Positions 10,546-24,205 of a stretch of 61,472 nucleotides of DNA are shown piece by piece. Position numbers and translations under genes: made by a program. The DNA is from Chara braunii. Taxonomy: Eukaryota > Plantae > Charophyceae. Position 1 is the stretch's first letter, and each line of letters opens with the position of its first letter. The notes under the pieces were generated by a model. The model searched no databases, was not told the origin of the DNA, and saw only the letters and a program-made list of their open reading frames with translations. The DNA is taken from contig BFEA01000018.1 in the NCBI GenBank assembly GCA_003427395.1, forward strand, positions 5,256,891-5,318,362, written 5' to 3'.

Positions 10546-13400
10546 ATGGAGTCTGACACGATGGGTCCACATTCGGATGAGGAACAACAGACCACTGTGT
10601 ACCGAGCATCACCGGATCGTGCTCTGCGAGACCTCAAGGAGCGTATCCGACAGAACGCTCCATTGAGATGTGTAGAGCAACCCAACGACGGAGAGCCAGA
10701 GGTAATGGCCTGTCCGATCATTGCAGAGCCAAACAAGGTTGCTTCGGTGTTACGGATGGAGAGCAGAACAAAACCTCCGAGTTTTCGGCGAGAGTCGCCT
10801 ATTCGACGCTCACCTACGTATGAACGAAGAGATGCTAGAGGTGATCGAGGTTGGAATGACTGGAGGGACCAGTACATCCGGGAGCCAGAGAGAGGGCCAC
10901 ACCACCCAGGCGGATCTATGACCTGCAGATGGGCGAGTCGTACTCCCTACCATACGAGAGGAGAGATAGGTACATTATCTCACACCAACCTTCAGAGTTA
11001 GACACCAGACCCCCCATTTTCAAGAAATACGGTATCACCGAGTATCTCGAGAAGTGGGAGCTGCACGCATACCGTAGTCAATGGTCGGAGGACGAAATCA
11101 TAGATAACTTCTTATTTAATACGGACCCGAGCTTGAGTCAAGTGATTAAAGAAGCCCGACCGAAAGATAGACGATGGATTACCTACAATGTCAGTCTCTA
11201 CAAGCTCTTTAAGCAAGAAGACATTAAGTATTCGATCCGAGATTTGGAGCCGATGACTCAGGGTGAGGACGAGAGTGTTCAGACTTTTGGGAGACGATTC
11301 CAGAAGATATATGATGCCCTTATTGCGAAAGGGAAGTTGTCAGAGGTCGAGAGATGCTTGATCTTCATCGATTGACTACCTAGAGGGAAGCAGAAGGGAG
11401 TACTGAGAGAGATGTCTCACGATAAGTTAGACATTGCCGCGGTACTCAAGCTGGCGATGAAGGCTGAGGCCGATGACTACAAGGACCTAGTTTGGAGAGG
11501 AATGCAACGCCGGGACTTCTACCTCTATTGGGAGTACAAGGCGGATAGGTGCCCAGACTTTAACGATCAGCCTTGGGCAGAGCGACGATATTTGGTGGAC
11601 AGGGACAGACCACAACGACCGAGAAACAGAGAGACGGTGATAGACGAGGTGAGAGAGATGAGAGAGATGATGAAGGGATTGGCCAGGCAAATGACGAATA
11701 TCGAGACGAAGACGAGAGCTACTACTTATCGGGGCAATCCAGGGTCCCCCTATTCATTGCGATGGAACCGCAGGAACACCGACCCGTGGAGGAGCATCGA
11801 GGATAGAAACCCACGCACGCTAGCGGACTATCGCGCGAGAGAGGGGACGACGATGCCTGGCGACGTAGGGATGAGGAGATTGACAGAGACCGCCGAGGTG
11901 ACGGGTATTGCAGAATAGACGCTTTCAGCCGAGGAGGAAGACTAGAGCAATATCCGCGCAATCCCAGGTATGAAGGGAACATGGAAGGACACCGGAGCCT
12001 AGGGCACTTTAACCCGAGGGACAGAGATGACTCCCGCGGCAGATGGGAATCGGACAGGGACCGCCGTGATGGATATCATGGCGGTTACGAGAGGACAGAG
12101 CGAGGCGGAGGTCATCGGGAAGATCCACGCGGGCAGTATGATCGAGGAGGATATCCTGGGTCGCCTGGGTACCCAAAGTCTCCGAGCTATCCCAAGTCTC
12201 CGGGACCGTCCACCCAAAATGTCAGACCTCCGAGAGGACCGACTATTAGGGGCACAGAAAAGAAACCCCCTACTCCCAGGAATTCCTGCATCTATTGCAG
12301 GGCAGATGATAACGTGAAGAGGGAACGTCCAAACCTTAGGCGGGCAATAGATGAAGGACTTGTCGTACTTGATGATCGCAAGTATGTCAAGTGGGCGGAT
12401 GACCTCGGCGACGTGTCGATGTTCCCTTCGAAGAAGGAGAACGTTGAGGTCAGGCGTGTACGACCAAGTAAGGGGAAAGAAGTGGCGAGAAGCCAGAGTG
12501 TGCGAATGAGTTTGGCTTCTGATGATGGGGCGCCGGCGACACCTATACAGGTAGCGGCGACTAAGTCCGCAAGGGGGTCTTTCTCTAAGAAGACTGACAC
12601 TGATTATGTGATGGCAGAGAAGGATGGACAGAGGATTGAAGGAGAGGAAGTCATACTTTCGTCGTGCAAGCGCGGGGCCCGGAAGTTTACTATGAAGAAC
12701 ACCTTGGACGATATAGATACGGTGGAGCCTCTCAGACGCGCGCTTAGGACACCAATGCAGTGCACGATACTTGAGTACTTGGCAGCTTCGAGACCCGCGC
12801 GAGATGAGCTACAGATGATCACGCGCAAGATGCGCATTCCTCTGGTGGACGAAGCCCATATGACTTCCAAACCAGAGGTACCCTCCGTGGCAGTATCGGG
12901 GGTGTGCGCAAAGGCAGAACGTGCAGCGACAGTGTATTTGGATGGAATGGAAGGTCCGCCTCCTAACAAGTTTTACATTTTAGGGAGTGGGACAGTGGAG
13001 ACCATTCTCAATGACGAGATAGTCCTCCATGGGGTGATTGACAATGGCAGCGAAGCTGTCATTATAGACGAGGAACTCGTTGTGTGATTAGGGTTGGATC
13101 TTGACAGGTCTTACGTGTTTGAGATAGGGACAACCGATGAAAGAAAGCACAAGACGGCTATTGAGGTCGAAGGGTTGTGCGTGCTAATGCCTGTTTTCAC
13201 AGTCAGGGACTGCAGTTCGGAGTTATTACTAGCTAAGGGCGGACGTGGTTAAGCCATGTTCATGCGGTTACTATAGAGCGACTGGGTGGAAGCCAGATGC
13301 TTTCTATTAAGCGTCCGGATGGTGGATGAATCATGATAGAGACAGTCGAGCCTCGTGATCCGAGGAATAGAGCGGCCCTAGCAGCTGGTGCTCGTCACGC
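10546..13400 (+). pseudogene. Gypsy gag + aspartic protease (disrupted)
   Basis: Capsid-like segment (ITEYLEKWE...MTQGEDESVQTFGRRF), RG-rich region, decayed zinc knuckle CIYCRADDNVKRERP, protease VIDNGSEAVII (~13035-13066). Confidence 0.85.
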
Positions 13401-13639
13401 TCGCGAGTCGCTCTTCGCGATTCCCCGAAAAGAAGTATGGGGCTTTGCTTACAGCGAAAGAAGGACGCATAGTGGAAGTCGAGGACTTAGGTAATCGCGT
13501 CCTTGTGGGAGAAAAATCCTATCCTAAGGCTGAAGATGAGGAATTCGAAGGTATGATCTCTGCGTTTTTTTTAAGGGCGCAGCCCCCTACGGGGGGCGAC
13601 CAAAGAAACACAAGACAATAGTTCAGAAAGTTAAGTCGG

Positions 13640-16600
13640 CGGTGGTAGCCCGAGAGCGATCAACACTAGATGGGATATCTGAGGAAGAGATCACCAGAAA
13701 GATTAAGGAAAGGAAGAGGGAGGAGCTGCAACGGTTAATAGAAGAAAGGATAGCGGAGATGGATATAGGAGATGAAAATTTGACGGAACAAGAGAAGGAG
13801 CGCGTGCTAGAAGTTCTTTTGACTTCCGATAAAGCCATAACTTTTAGTGATGCGGAAAGAGGAAAAATCGATCCTAGTTATGCCAAACCTGCTAGGATCT
13901 ACACGATGGAATGATGCAGGATGAAAGTTTACACAGAAAGAGAAGAAAGAGGTAATCGTCTTTCTAAAGGAGAAGATGGTCTCGCATGTGGCAGAACCGT
14001 CCGATAGTGTTTATGCGAACAGGTGGTTCTTTTTACGGGAGGCCGAACGGGAAGATCAGATGTATTCAAGATCTTTTGAAGGTTAATGCGGTTACAATTC
14101 GGGATGTGGGTTCCATACCGCACGCTGATCTATTGGCAGAAGGAGCAGCAGGGAGGTCTATCTACTCTGTCTGCAATCTATTTTCAGGTTATGATGAGAT
14201 ACCCATAGATCCTAGGGATATGCACCTCACTGCCATGCACACGCCGCTCGGACTAGTGCAGATGATGGTTGTGCCCATGGGGTGGACCAATGGGGTTGCG
14301 GTCTTCCAGAGAGCTATGGTTGTTATTCTAAAAGACCGCGTTCCTGATAAAGTTGAAGTCCTTTTGGACGACTTTCCGATAAAAGGGTCTGTATTGAAAG
14401 ATGAGACGGAGGTTGCTCCTCGCGTTAGGAGATTCGTAGAGCAGCCCCTAACGGATATCTACGCCGTCTTGGAAGAGCTAGATGAAGCTAAACTGACGGC
14501 TAGTGGAACGAAAAACCGGTGGGTTGTCTCGACGATTAAGATTTTATGGTTCATATGTGATTCGAGAGGGCGCCGAGCGGACCCGACAAAGTTAGATAAA
14601 CTCCTAAACTGGCCAACCCCGTTACATAGCACTACCGAAGTCCGCCAATTCCTAGGAGTTGTGGGCTACTGGTGGATCTTTATACGTGGATATGCCGAGA
14701 AGGCAGAGCCTCTGCGAACTCTCCTTAGGAAAATGGAGCGATTCTATTGGGATTCTCCTCAGGAGCTTGCGGTACGAACCCTCAAGGAAGAATTTAAAGA
14801 AGGGGGACGAATCCTAGGTGTGCCATTTTTCAAGGATGAGACCAACAGGCCATTCATAGTGTCTACGGATGTTGGGTCATGTTCGGTTGGAGGGCTACTT
14901 TCTCAGAAGGACGCCGACGGTAAGGAGAGGCCACTGAGGTTCGAGACTCGCACGCTCAACACCGCTGAACGCAACTATAGTCAATTCAAGAAGGAAGCGT
15001 TAGCTGTCTTACGGTGCTTGGACGCTTTTAGACACTACATATACGGGAGACGATTTATTCTACGGGTAAATCCTACGGCGGTAGTGTCGGTTTTACAGAA
15101 AGACTTCAGTCTGATTGATCCCACTATCGTGCGATGACTGATCAGGATCCGACTCTATGACTATAATGCGGAGAGAATCTCGGGAACAAAGAATGCGGTA
15201 GCTGATGGGCTTTCGCGAATTCTCATCGAGGCGGAGCGACCAATAGTGGCCGCCGCGCTGACTATGGTTGAGCCTAGACGGACAAATCGCTTCCTAGTTA
15301 ATCTTTATGAAGGTAAGTACCGGACTATAGGACTGCATCTGTCAGGAGAAGAGAACTCGGACTCAGAGATTAGAAGACAGGCAGCACAGTACTGCCTTAG
15401 GTCTGGGCATTTGTTCCGCAGACTTACAAGATCAGGAATGCCTCTGCGAGTGATCTGTGATCCGGAAGAGAAGCAGTCCATAGTAGCGGAACTACATGAC
15501 GGTGTGGTCGGTGGACAAAGAGAAGTAAAAGGTACATATGAGAAGGTTCGCAGACTATACTGGTGGGAAGGTCAGTACAAGGACGTTGAAAAATATTGTA
15601 TGACCTGTGAGGAGTGTCAGAAGAGATCGCTTGTGAGATACAAGGAGCCGCTTCATTCGTCCTATCCTACTCGACCGGGCGAGAAGGTGCACATCGATCT
15701 AGTTAAGATGCCGAAGGGAGTAGGCAATATGAATTATGTCGTGAACATCAAAGACGACTTCACTTGGTTTGTCGACGGAAAGCTTATCAGAACAAAGGCG
15801 GCAAAGGAAGTCAAGAACTTTGTTCTGGAGTGATATGGGTGTGTCAGTAGGATTATGATGGATATGGGAGCGGAGTTCCTAGCGGATGAGGTGCAGAATG
15901 TGTTCAAGAAAGCGGGAGCTAGAGTATCAATAGTTACTGCCTATTACCCTCAATCCAACGCACCTGTAGAACGAGGCCATCAATCATTGATAGCATCACT
16001 GTCGAAGTGGTGTAGAGGTAAAGATAACAACTGACCAAAATACTTCCGGTATGCGATTTGGGCAGATAATGTCACAGTTTGAGCTAGCACAGGATACCCG
16101 CCTTACACTCTATGGTTCGGGAGGCACTGCCCTCTGCCCATAGAGGTTCATGTGGATAGTTGGACTACAGTCGACTGGGAAGATAGTATGTCACGAGAGG
16201 AGCTTCTGGCGGCTAGGAGTAGACAGACAGCCTACGGATTAAAGGACAATCTCATGACCGCGTTTGATCGATTGGCGGTGGAAAGAGGCAAAGGCAAGGA
16301 GAGATGGGATAAGGATGTTAGGAGTAAACAGGATAAGATAAGTGTGGGTGATACGGTACTTCTCTACGATGCAGCGCTACAAAGGACGTGGTTAGGAAAG
16401 TTGGCGAACAGATGGATGAGACCTTACCGCGTAGTCGGCGCACTCAGTTGGGGAGCATATATGATTGCTGAGTTAGATGGGTCTAAGTGGAAGGATTATG
16501 TGGCAGGGGCTAGACTGAAGTTGTTTAAGCCAAGGAATACCCCTACTCCTGCGTTGACACTGTCAGACCCTAAGGGGAAGAGGAAAGTGAAGGTGGCGGA

Positions 16601-16880
16601 TGTAGGACAAACAAGACGGTTTGAGATTGGGAAGAGTTCGAAGAAAATAAAGAGAGTGGAGACCAGGAAAGTGAAGGGTTTGGCTCTGGGAAAGAAAAGG
16701 AAATGCCTTTTTGTGCTACGGAGACCTAGACGCAGAGTCCGCGTTAGACGAGACGGGGCATCTTCGGCACTGTTACCCCAGCGAAAGAAGAAACGAGAAA
16801 ACACTCCTACATCTAAGTCCAAACGACCGCGACATAAGAAAGGGAAGAAACACCCTCTCAGTCAGCGAGTTCCAGAGTAA
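13640..16880 (+). pseudogene. Gypsy pol: RT, RNase H, integrase (disrupted)
   Basis: RT: IRCIQDLLKVN, LFSGYDEI, PMGWTNG, LLDD, VRQFLGVVGY. RH: STDVGSCSVGG, NYSQFKKEALAV. INT: ELHDGVVGG...CEEC, HIDLV, DMGAEF, YPQSNAPVERGH. C-terminal VGDTVLL...RWMRPYRV (GPY/F-like), then a K/R-rich tail with no chromodomain. Confidence 0.93.
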
Positions 16881-17379
16881 CCTAAGCGCCACACAGATAA
16901 GCGCAGACATAATCGTCGCGCTCGTGTGATCAGTCTAAATCTTATACGATTCGTCTGATCATGGCAGTGCGGGCTCGACGGGGGTGTCGAGAAGAGGTCC
17001 GGGCTTGTTTGTCGGGCGGCCGAAGGTCAGTCGGCCACCCGAATTTCTACGAATTGACCCTTGGATTGATTGCTTAGAGAAAGGTTGACCGGGACTTTCA
17101 TCAGATCCATTGGGAAAAATTAGGGGTCGGAAAGAGACCCCTAAAATCCCCCGCGTCGAGTGTGGAGACTGACCCTTGAAATCTACAAAAAGGACGGCCA
17201 CGCCTGTCGTGCCTAGTGCCTATTGTTTTCACGCCTTCTGGGTCTAAAACCGAAACGGTTGGCCCTGGAACGGGAATGCGGGAGTAGGCCTTGGCACGAC
17301 TCTTCTACATTAGGCAATTAACGGGGAAATGGGGCCTCAAATTTTATTAATTCCAATGATAAAATTAAAATTGGGAAAA

Positions 17380-17720
17380 AATATTAGAGATACTAAAAGA
17401 AAAGATAATAACGGAATATTCGTTATTTGATTGAATTTCCTCATAATTTACTTTTGATGGAATCGCCCTTCATTTTCGTTGTTTCCGGTAATAGAATTAA
17501 AAATAAGGAAAAGAATCAAAAACAATAAAAGAAAGGGAGAACAAAGGAATATTTGCTATTTAATTAAATTTCATCTAAATTTATTTCGATGAAATTGGTC
17601 GTCATTTTCATTATTTCAGATAATAGAATTAAGAATGAGAGAAATAATTAAAAATGGTAAAAGAAAAAGAAAACCAATGATTATTTATTATTTGATTGAG
17701 TCTTATTAAAATTATTCGCG
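17380..17720 (+). repeat. AT-rich ~133-bp tandem repeat (~2.5 copies) in the retrotransposon 3' region
   Basis: taatagaatt recurs at 17488 and 17621, with similar ggaatatt/atttgattga blocks. Confidence 0.7.
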
Positions 17721-20700
17721 ATGGATTTTAGCCCCGAATTATTTACTTACCTTGAAACCGACAATTCTTTCGAGTCCCCGATAATTGTGTACCCTCTCTT
17801 GAATTACCTGATTAACCTCATTGCTACCCTCACCGTAATCTGGGTGTTTTGAGTGAGTGGGGCTGCATGGTCGGCTTGGTGTGCCGATGATTCTACTTTG
17901 GGATGTGCCGCACGACTCTATTACTTTGCTGGGGATGCTGGATCGATTCGGGTACTACACTCTGGTTCGGGGCAGGTTCGGTGGTATATCACGACATGGC
18001 TGCCTTGTACGGTATTCGGCATGGGTCAGGTTCAGTATGGTATAGGCCACTGGAGCCAGCGACGGTTGTTTCAGGTCCGGTGTTGGTTCGACATTGGTAC
18101 GGTACGGGTTACTGCAGCTCCAAATGATTATTTCAGGTTCGGAACCAGTGTGGAAGAGTCGCTGCAGTTTGAGTCACTTAACTCAGGTTCGATGTTGGTT
18201 CGGCACGGTACACTGGTTCGGGATGATCACGGGGGGCCGGTTCGGAACTGGTGCGCATTGGCATTCGCGGCATGGTACGGTTATTGGTTTTGCATTGTCA
18301 CGGTACCGGGGCAGGATACTGCTGTCTTGACCTGATAACTGGGTACAGTAATTGGTGATATGCTGTCATAGTTTACTGCAGTCGAAGGTTGTTGCTTCTT
18401 GACGTAAATACCCCTCGATCATATTGGTACGGATGCAGGCTCGGTAGAGGCATGGTGGTAAGACTGTTTGACATGGATATACCCTGGTACGATATTGAAG
18501 ATTGGATGACGACTGCTGCACTTCATCCCGGTTCGGTTGCAGGATTTTTAATATGATTTTGGGCCTCCGGATGTACCGGACACTAGAAGTTCGGTTCGTT
18601 GATCTAAGAATGCAGGCTTTGAACCCTCGGTGGTAGTGGTATCGTGGCTGATGGTAGAAAGGTTTGGTCTGGTACCATTGGTACCAATTGAACTGGCGCT
18701 TGGTGCTGATAGGATATCGGCGGTGCATGGTGGTCGGGCTGTCCGTTGGCCGATGGTACGGGAAGGTTGCTTGGGTCCGCCTGCCTTAGTACCGTCGCCG
18801 CTCCAGGCCTGTGAGGCTGGATTTGGCCACGGTCAAGTGTTGGAGTTAATACGTGGGGCCGACCAGCGAAAGAGAGGGTGGTAGTAGTATGAGGATTAGG
18901 TGGGCCTAGCGTCGGGGTCTACTGATATAGGGCCGACTGAGGAACCAGGACGGGGGGATTCGAAGGAGCGTGGATTAGCGTGCACGGCGTGCACAGTGGT
19001 TTAGCTCACTGGGCGCGGTGCATGTTTCGTACGTGTGCGTGATGATCGATCAGAGACTGGATGGTAAGCGGGGAATGGTGAGGTAAGACGGAACAACCAG
19101 AGCAGACGACGCTGGAGGGTCCAGGGTGCGCGCCGCTCGCTCGTACGGACGCGAGTATGGATACCTGAAGGGCTGGGGTTGAGAGCGAGAGAGAGAGTAA
19201 GTGCGGTTGTGCCTGACAACGAGAGAGATAAGCGAGGAGGGCAGAGAGAGGCGACCTGTACGAGTGGAGGAGGGAAATGGGCACAATACGTATGTGGTCA
19301 TAAGCACAAGAAATCGCGTTCGAACATGATCGTACGCTGGTCAACAGGCGCGAACTGACGACAACGGACTGAGAGGGTGATAGAAGGGCGGTGAGGCAGA
19401 GGTCATGGGCGAGGAAAGCAAGTCGAAGAGCATCCAAGTTCGAAATCTAGAAAACTACACCGGGATCGAACTCAAGTTCACACAGTGACACAAACTAGCG
19501 TGAAGAGTACAAGCCTGCTGGATGATCCAAATTTAATTAACTTGACGACTACCGCTGCCAGGTTCATTCATATCTGAACCAGCCAGCTAGTAGCTCAGCA
19601 GCGGGAGGACTCGAAGCCGAATTGATTGGATGAGACGTGCTCAGACGGTACTGGCCAGGCACTGAGCAGAAACAAGCCCCAGTTAGGAGCCAGGAAGCGA
19701 CAAACGCAGATCGACAAAGAGTACTGGAGGGACATGAGCTGGGACTTTTCGTGGGAGAAAGGTCGCGTTCAGGCACGCCTGGTGAGAGAGAGCTTAGAGC
19801 TAAGTAGGTGGCGGAAGTGAAGAGGAAAGGGCAGTGGGCTGACGAGGGAGAACATGTAGGCAAAGAGAGATGAAGCACACCCAGTAAGGGAGTTTGAAGA
19901 GGGAAGGGCGGAGAGAAACACCGCGGGTACAGACGAGAAGGGGGCTACAACGAATTTGAGGCTCTCGGTTCACGTATCTCAGGCACAGCTGGCAAGCGAG
20001 GCAAGGAGCTCGCAATTAGGAGATGCGAAAGGGGGGGGGAGCGCGAAAGGGCGCAGTCTGGAAACGCGCGCCCTGTGCCCGTAGTAAAGAGTCGGACGAA
20101 CGGGTGAACGCGCGACCGAGATAATCAGCGACGAGGTGGGGACATACGATCGGAGGTAGCGGGGACGGTTCTAAACAGGGGAACGCAGGGCGAGCGAGCC
20201 ACGATCATGGCTCAAACAGTCCATTGAACAGAGGCTGGGGGTCAAGATCGAGGAAGGTCAGTACAGAGAGGTGTGAACAGATTGAGCTGCAGATAAGGCG
20301 TCTCCGACCCGCCAGCGAGACGGTGATCATGTTCTATCGGGTAAACACAGTCGAGGCAGATACATTCACGCTCTATCTGGGGTGTAACATGCAGTAGTTG
20401 GCGGACACATGGGCCGCAGTGAAGAAGAAGGCTTTTGCTGATTTCGTTACATTGAGTGACCACACTGAACACAGGTATCTCAACCACTCTAGTGTGCAAG
20501 TGGCTTTCACTTGCAGAGTTGGACAATTGCTGGATACCTTGAAGGAGTATTTTTCAATATATATATACATATAGATATACATATACTCACATCTATATAT
20601 GCATAAATGCTCATATCCCCTACAATTGTTGGATCGCCGAAGAGGGAGGAAGAGAGGGAACTTGAAAGAGGGGTGGAGGAAAGAGGACGAGAGAACTTCC

Positions 20701-21962
20701 CTCAATAGAGTCGGTGAAAGGGCATGGTGAACGTGTGTTCGAAACTGCAGTTCACTGAAAATATAGATCTTGACAGTGGGAAATTCCTTAATGTCAGCGG
20801 GTGAAGGCGTGATCAGTCAGATGAGTCAGTTTGCGTTGGTAAGGCTCCAAGAAAGCCGTGTAGACTTCTGAACCGAACTGAAAAGTTTGAGTTCCCGGAG
20901 GGTGTCAGAACATGCGGATGGATTCTCGAGAACAGTTGTGAAACTGAGCATTGAATGAGACATATCAAACAGCTCTGCGGACCAAGTTCCCCGAATTTTC
21001 TATTTAGTTTTCCCCACCCTGTGCTATCTTGATTTGATGGGACAGAACCCGTGAATAAATTGACGTAAAGGCTAATGTAATAACCGCCGAAAAGGGCAGA
21101 CTTTGCTTGCCATCTATGTGCAGGCTGACTACAACAGAATCCTATGTCGATAAGTCTTGTTGCATTTGCAGGTGTATCATCCGTTATCTAGCTTGTGAAG
21201 CAGGCTTCTAACACATCCTCGAAAATTATAAGGGCAGGTAGAATCCAATATTAAGAGAGATTTCTGTTTGACCCTTGGAACAGCGGGCGAGGGTAATTTT
21301 GTTTCCATTGACTCTTCAACCTCTTTCCGCTCCCGACCAACTTGAGCTAAGGACAATCATCTAAAGATCACTAAGAGGGAAACTTGACAGGCAATACAAG
21401 CACAGATTCCCTGCTGATCACTGAGGACCTCGGAAGCGGGCACGGCGAGTGACAGGTGCCATTGCCCTTGGCTTCAGCGAACAGTAGGCGGCCCCTCCCC
21501 GGGTTTCCTCACACCGGGCCCCGCCCGGGAGGGTGCCCGGGCGACTTTCCCCCAGCCGGGCGGCCCGGGGACCATCAGAGCCTTGAAACCCTTTTCTCGT
21601 GTTTCAGTCTCAGCACGAACATTTTTGCAGGACGGCTTAAGTTTTCTTTTGCCGTATGACAGCCGAAGTTGTGTGTTCCATGCAGGTGGGCTGTGCTTGT
21701 GTACCCTGAACCATTTGGCAAACCTGGCCATTACTACGACTGTAACATCCATGTTCATGATTACGGCCACATTCATCCCATGAAGGAATGAACCTGGTCA
21801 TTACTACAGCCATGCTCTTGTATTCCAAAAGCATGAACACAGGGTCACGCCCTTACTGCGGGGAGGCAGGAGCGTGACTCAGATGCGGTCGTATTATGAC
21901 CACTGCTCTGCGAGGATGTAAAGAGCCTGATACATAAAACTCCTACATTACCTTCTTCCAAG

Positions 21963-22104
21963 AATTTAGGGAGTGTTATATTTAGGGGGTGTAATATTTT
22001 CAGGTAACGGGTTGTTAGATTTAGGGGGTGCTATACTTATAGGTTAGGGAGTGTTGGATTTAGGGGGTGTTGTATTTAGAGGTCAGGGGGTGTTAGATTT
22101 AGGG
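21963..22104 (+). repeat. Degenerate TTTAGGG-containing short repeats
   Basis: Repeated atttaggggg(tg)/ttaggg motifs spaced ~15-40 bp apart. Confidence 0.65.
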
Positions 22105-22149
22105 ATGTTATATTAAAATAATAATAATAAAAAAAAAACAGTGTACACT

Positions 22150-22151
<2 letters not shown>

Positions 22152-22220
<69 letters not shown>

Positions 22221-23270
22221 CACCTTCGATGACAACGTCGTTGTCTTCCTCCTCCTCCCCCCCCTTTGGATTGTCCTCCTCTCCCTCTGCTGCCAAATCA
22301 GCTTTTTTTCTTGGGGGAAGATGATAACGGCGAGGAGGAGGAGGAAGACGACTATAAGGAGGAGAACGACAATTTTGTCTAAATGCCAAAATGGACTGTT
22401 TGAACATTGGACACAATGGAAACCCACTAAATTGGCCTGAATGAGGTTGACATTTTTACGTTTTGAGGGTACAGCGTTCTTAAGACACCCTACCCCCTGG
22501 ATGTATCTGGACCTAGCTGGAGTCCACGAGGGTAAACTTTTGACCTCAATCGGGCCAATTTAGTTGGTTTCAATTCCGTTCAAAAAATAAAAAATGTCCA
22601 TTTTGGAAAAATGAAATCGTTATTGGAGGTGGAATACGACGATGGGGAACAGGAGGAAGACGACACTGGGGAGGAGGAGGTGGAGGAGGACTATGGGGAG
22701 GAGGAGGAGGAGGAGGAGGAGGAGGAAGAAGAGGGTGCAACGATGGCGAGGAGGAGGAGGTAGACGACACTCCCCAGCATCGTTTTCCTCCTCCTCCCCC
22801 TCATGCCTTCCTCCTCCTCTTCATCGTCCTTTTCCTCCTCCGCCTCCTCATCATCCTTTTCCTCCTCCTCCTCCTCCTCCCCGTCGTACTCCTCGTCCAC
22901 CCGTGCCATGTGAGCTTTCCTTTTTCACTGGAGTAAGATGACAAAAGGAGAAGGAGGAAGACGACGAAGGGGAGGAGGAGGAGGAGGAGGAGGAGGAAGA
23001 GGAAGAGGAAGAGGATGACGAGGAGGAGGCGGCGGCGGAAGACCGCAATGGGGAGGAGGAGGAGGAGGCTGATTGGGAGGAGGAGGAGGAAGACGACAAT
23101 GGGGACAATGAGGAGGAAGAAGATGGCTCTGGGGAGGCGGAGGAGGAAGAGGATGACAAGGGAGAAGAGGACGATGGGCAGGGGGAGCCTGGGAGGAGGA
23201 AGACGAAGGGTGACACTCCCCAGTGTCGTCTTCCTCCTCCTCCCCATCGTCCTCCTCTCTCCCCTGCCAC
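22152..23270. repeat. (AG)n plus (GAG)n/(CTC)n low-complexity block with an internal inverted repeat (22377-22460 / 22530-22620)
   Basis: aaacccactaaattggcctgaatgaggttga is the reverse complement of tgacctcaatcgggccaatttagttggttt. Flanks alternate GAG- and CTC-rich tracts. Confidence 0.75.
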
Positions 23271-23752
23271 ACGCACGTATGGAATACGTAAATACTATAT
23301 AGTAGTATATAGTATATAATTACTATTATATTGTATATATTTAAAAATAAATAAATACGTATGCGTACGCACGTTGTTGCACACGTATACAGAGGTCCAA
23401 ATAAATCATTTTAAAAAATGAAGTTCGAAAACTAGTACACTAGGCTCGAAGTGCTATTTTTTAATGAACAAGCGATGGTTATTTGATAAGGTTTTGAATG
23501 ATTCATAGCTAATCATTTCTACCAAATTTTACGTTTTGGGGGATTGGCATATGCTGTTGCAACTTTGATGGCATTCTGCTTCCGTGCTTTGTCCTTGGTC
23601 TTACGCTGCACGATTGATTGCTTGAGATGGAGGTGTAGGTGTTTGTCTGTTTGTGTGTGTGGTGTCCATGGAGCACAAGGCTGGATGACCTAGTGCTCCT
23701 GGGACACTAGTCCATCCAGCCATCCCCCTGGCGGGACACTGGGTGGTGGGTG

Positions 23753-23810
<58 letters not shown>

Positions 23811-23960
23811 AATCAATCAATCAATCAATCAACTTTCTTATGCATCTACACTCACACACACTCTCCTCTTTATGTATAATGTCTTTTTTTTTTTTTTTTT
23901 TTTTTTTTTTCTGTTGTTGTCTTCCCTGTCTTCCTTGTGTTTTTCTCTTTTTGTATGCCT

Positions 23961-24205
23961 AACTGAGCACCTTCAAGCAGTGCCAAATAATCGGTCAGTC
24001 CTCGTTTGGAGTGCCTGCAGCACTCTTAGGGGGCCTGCTCAGTCCAGGATGTCTGTGTCTCCCACGGGCGATGACCGATATTCGTCGGAGTGTCTCCCTG
24101 GCTCAGCAGGTGGTGGGAACCAACAGTCTGCGGGGTTCACTCGTGATGTGAGTAGGTGATGTGCTGCTTTGCTGCGTGTTGGATGTGTAGAAAGACTGCC
24201 TCACC
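23961..24205 (+). repeat. Dispersed repeat family A, copy 1
   Basis: Aligns with 26942-27190 (aactgagcac...cctcgtttggagtgcct...ggtggtgggaaccaacagtctg...tggatgtgt). Preceded by (CA)n and a T-rich tract. Confidence 0.85.

Larger units (their letters stand above)
8390..20389 (+). mobile_element. Degenerate Ty3/Gypsy LTR retrotransposon (non-chromovirus-like) with extra 5' ORF and long 3' region
   Basis: Domain order gag-PR-RT-RH-INT and strong + strand purine bias. A possible LTR terminus GGGGTGTAACA ends at 20389. Both ends are uncertain, and the region after ~17 kb could be a separate element. Confidence 0.8.

Noticed and set aside
20395-21400. Possible small exons of a cellular gene (protein-like LADTWAAVKKKAF... 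and AG/GT sites)
   Set aside because: No recognisable homology and in-frame stops, so no gene model can be supported.
21420-21597. RNase MRP or SRP RNA gene
   Set aside because: Only a partial motif is present, and the complementary P4 strand and SRP helix 8 are not found.
22570-23302. ORFs encoding poly-E/R/P/S proteins
   Set aside because: Triplet low-complexity DNA that is open in many frames on both strands.
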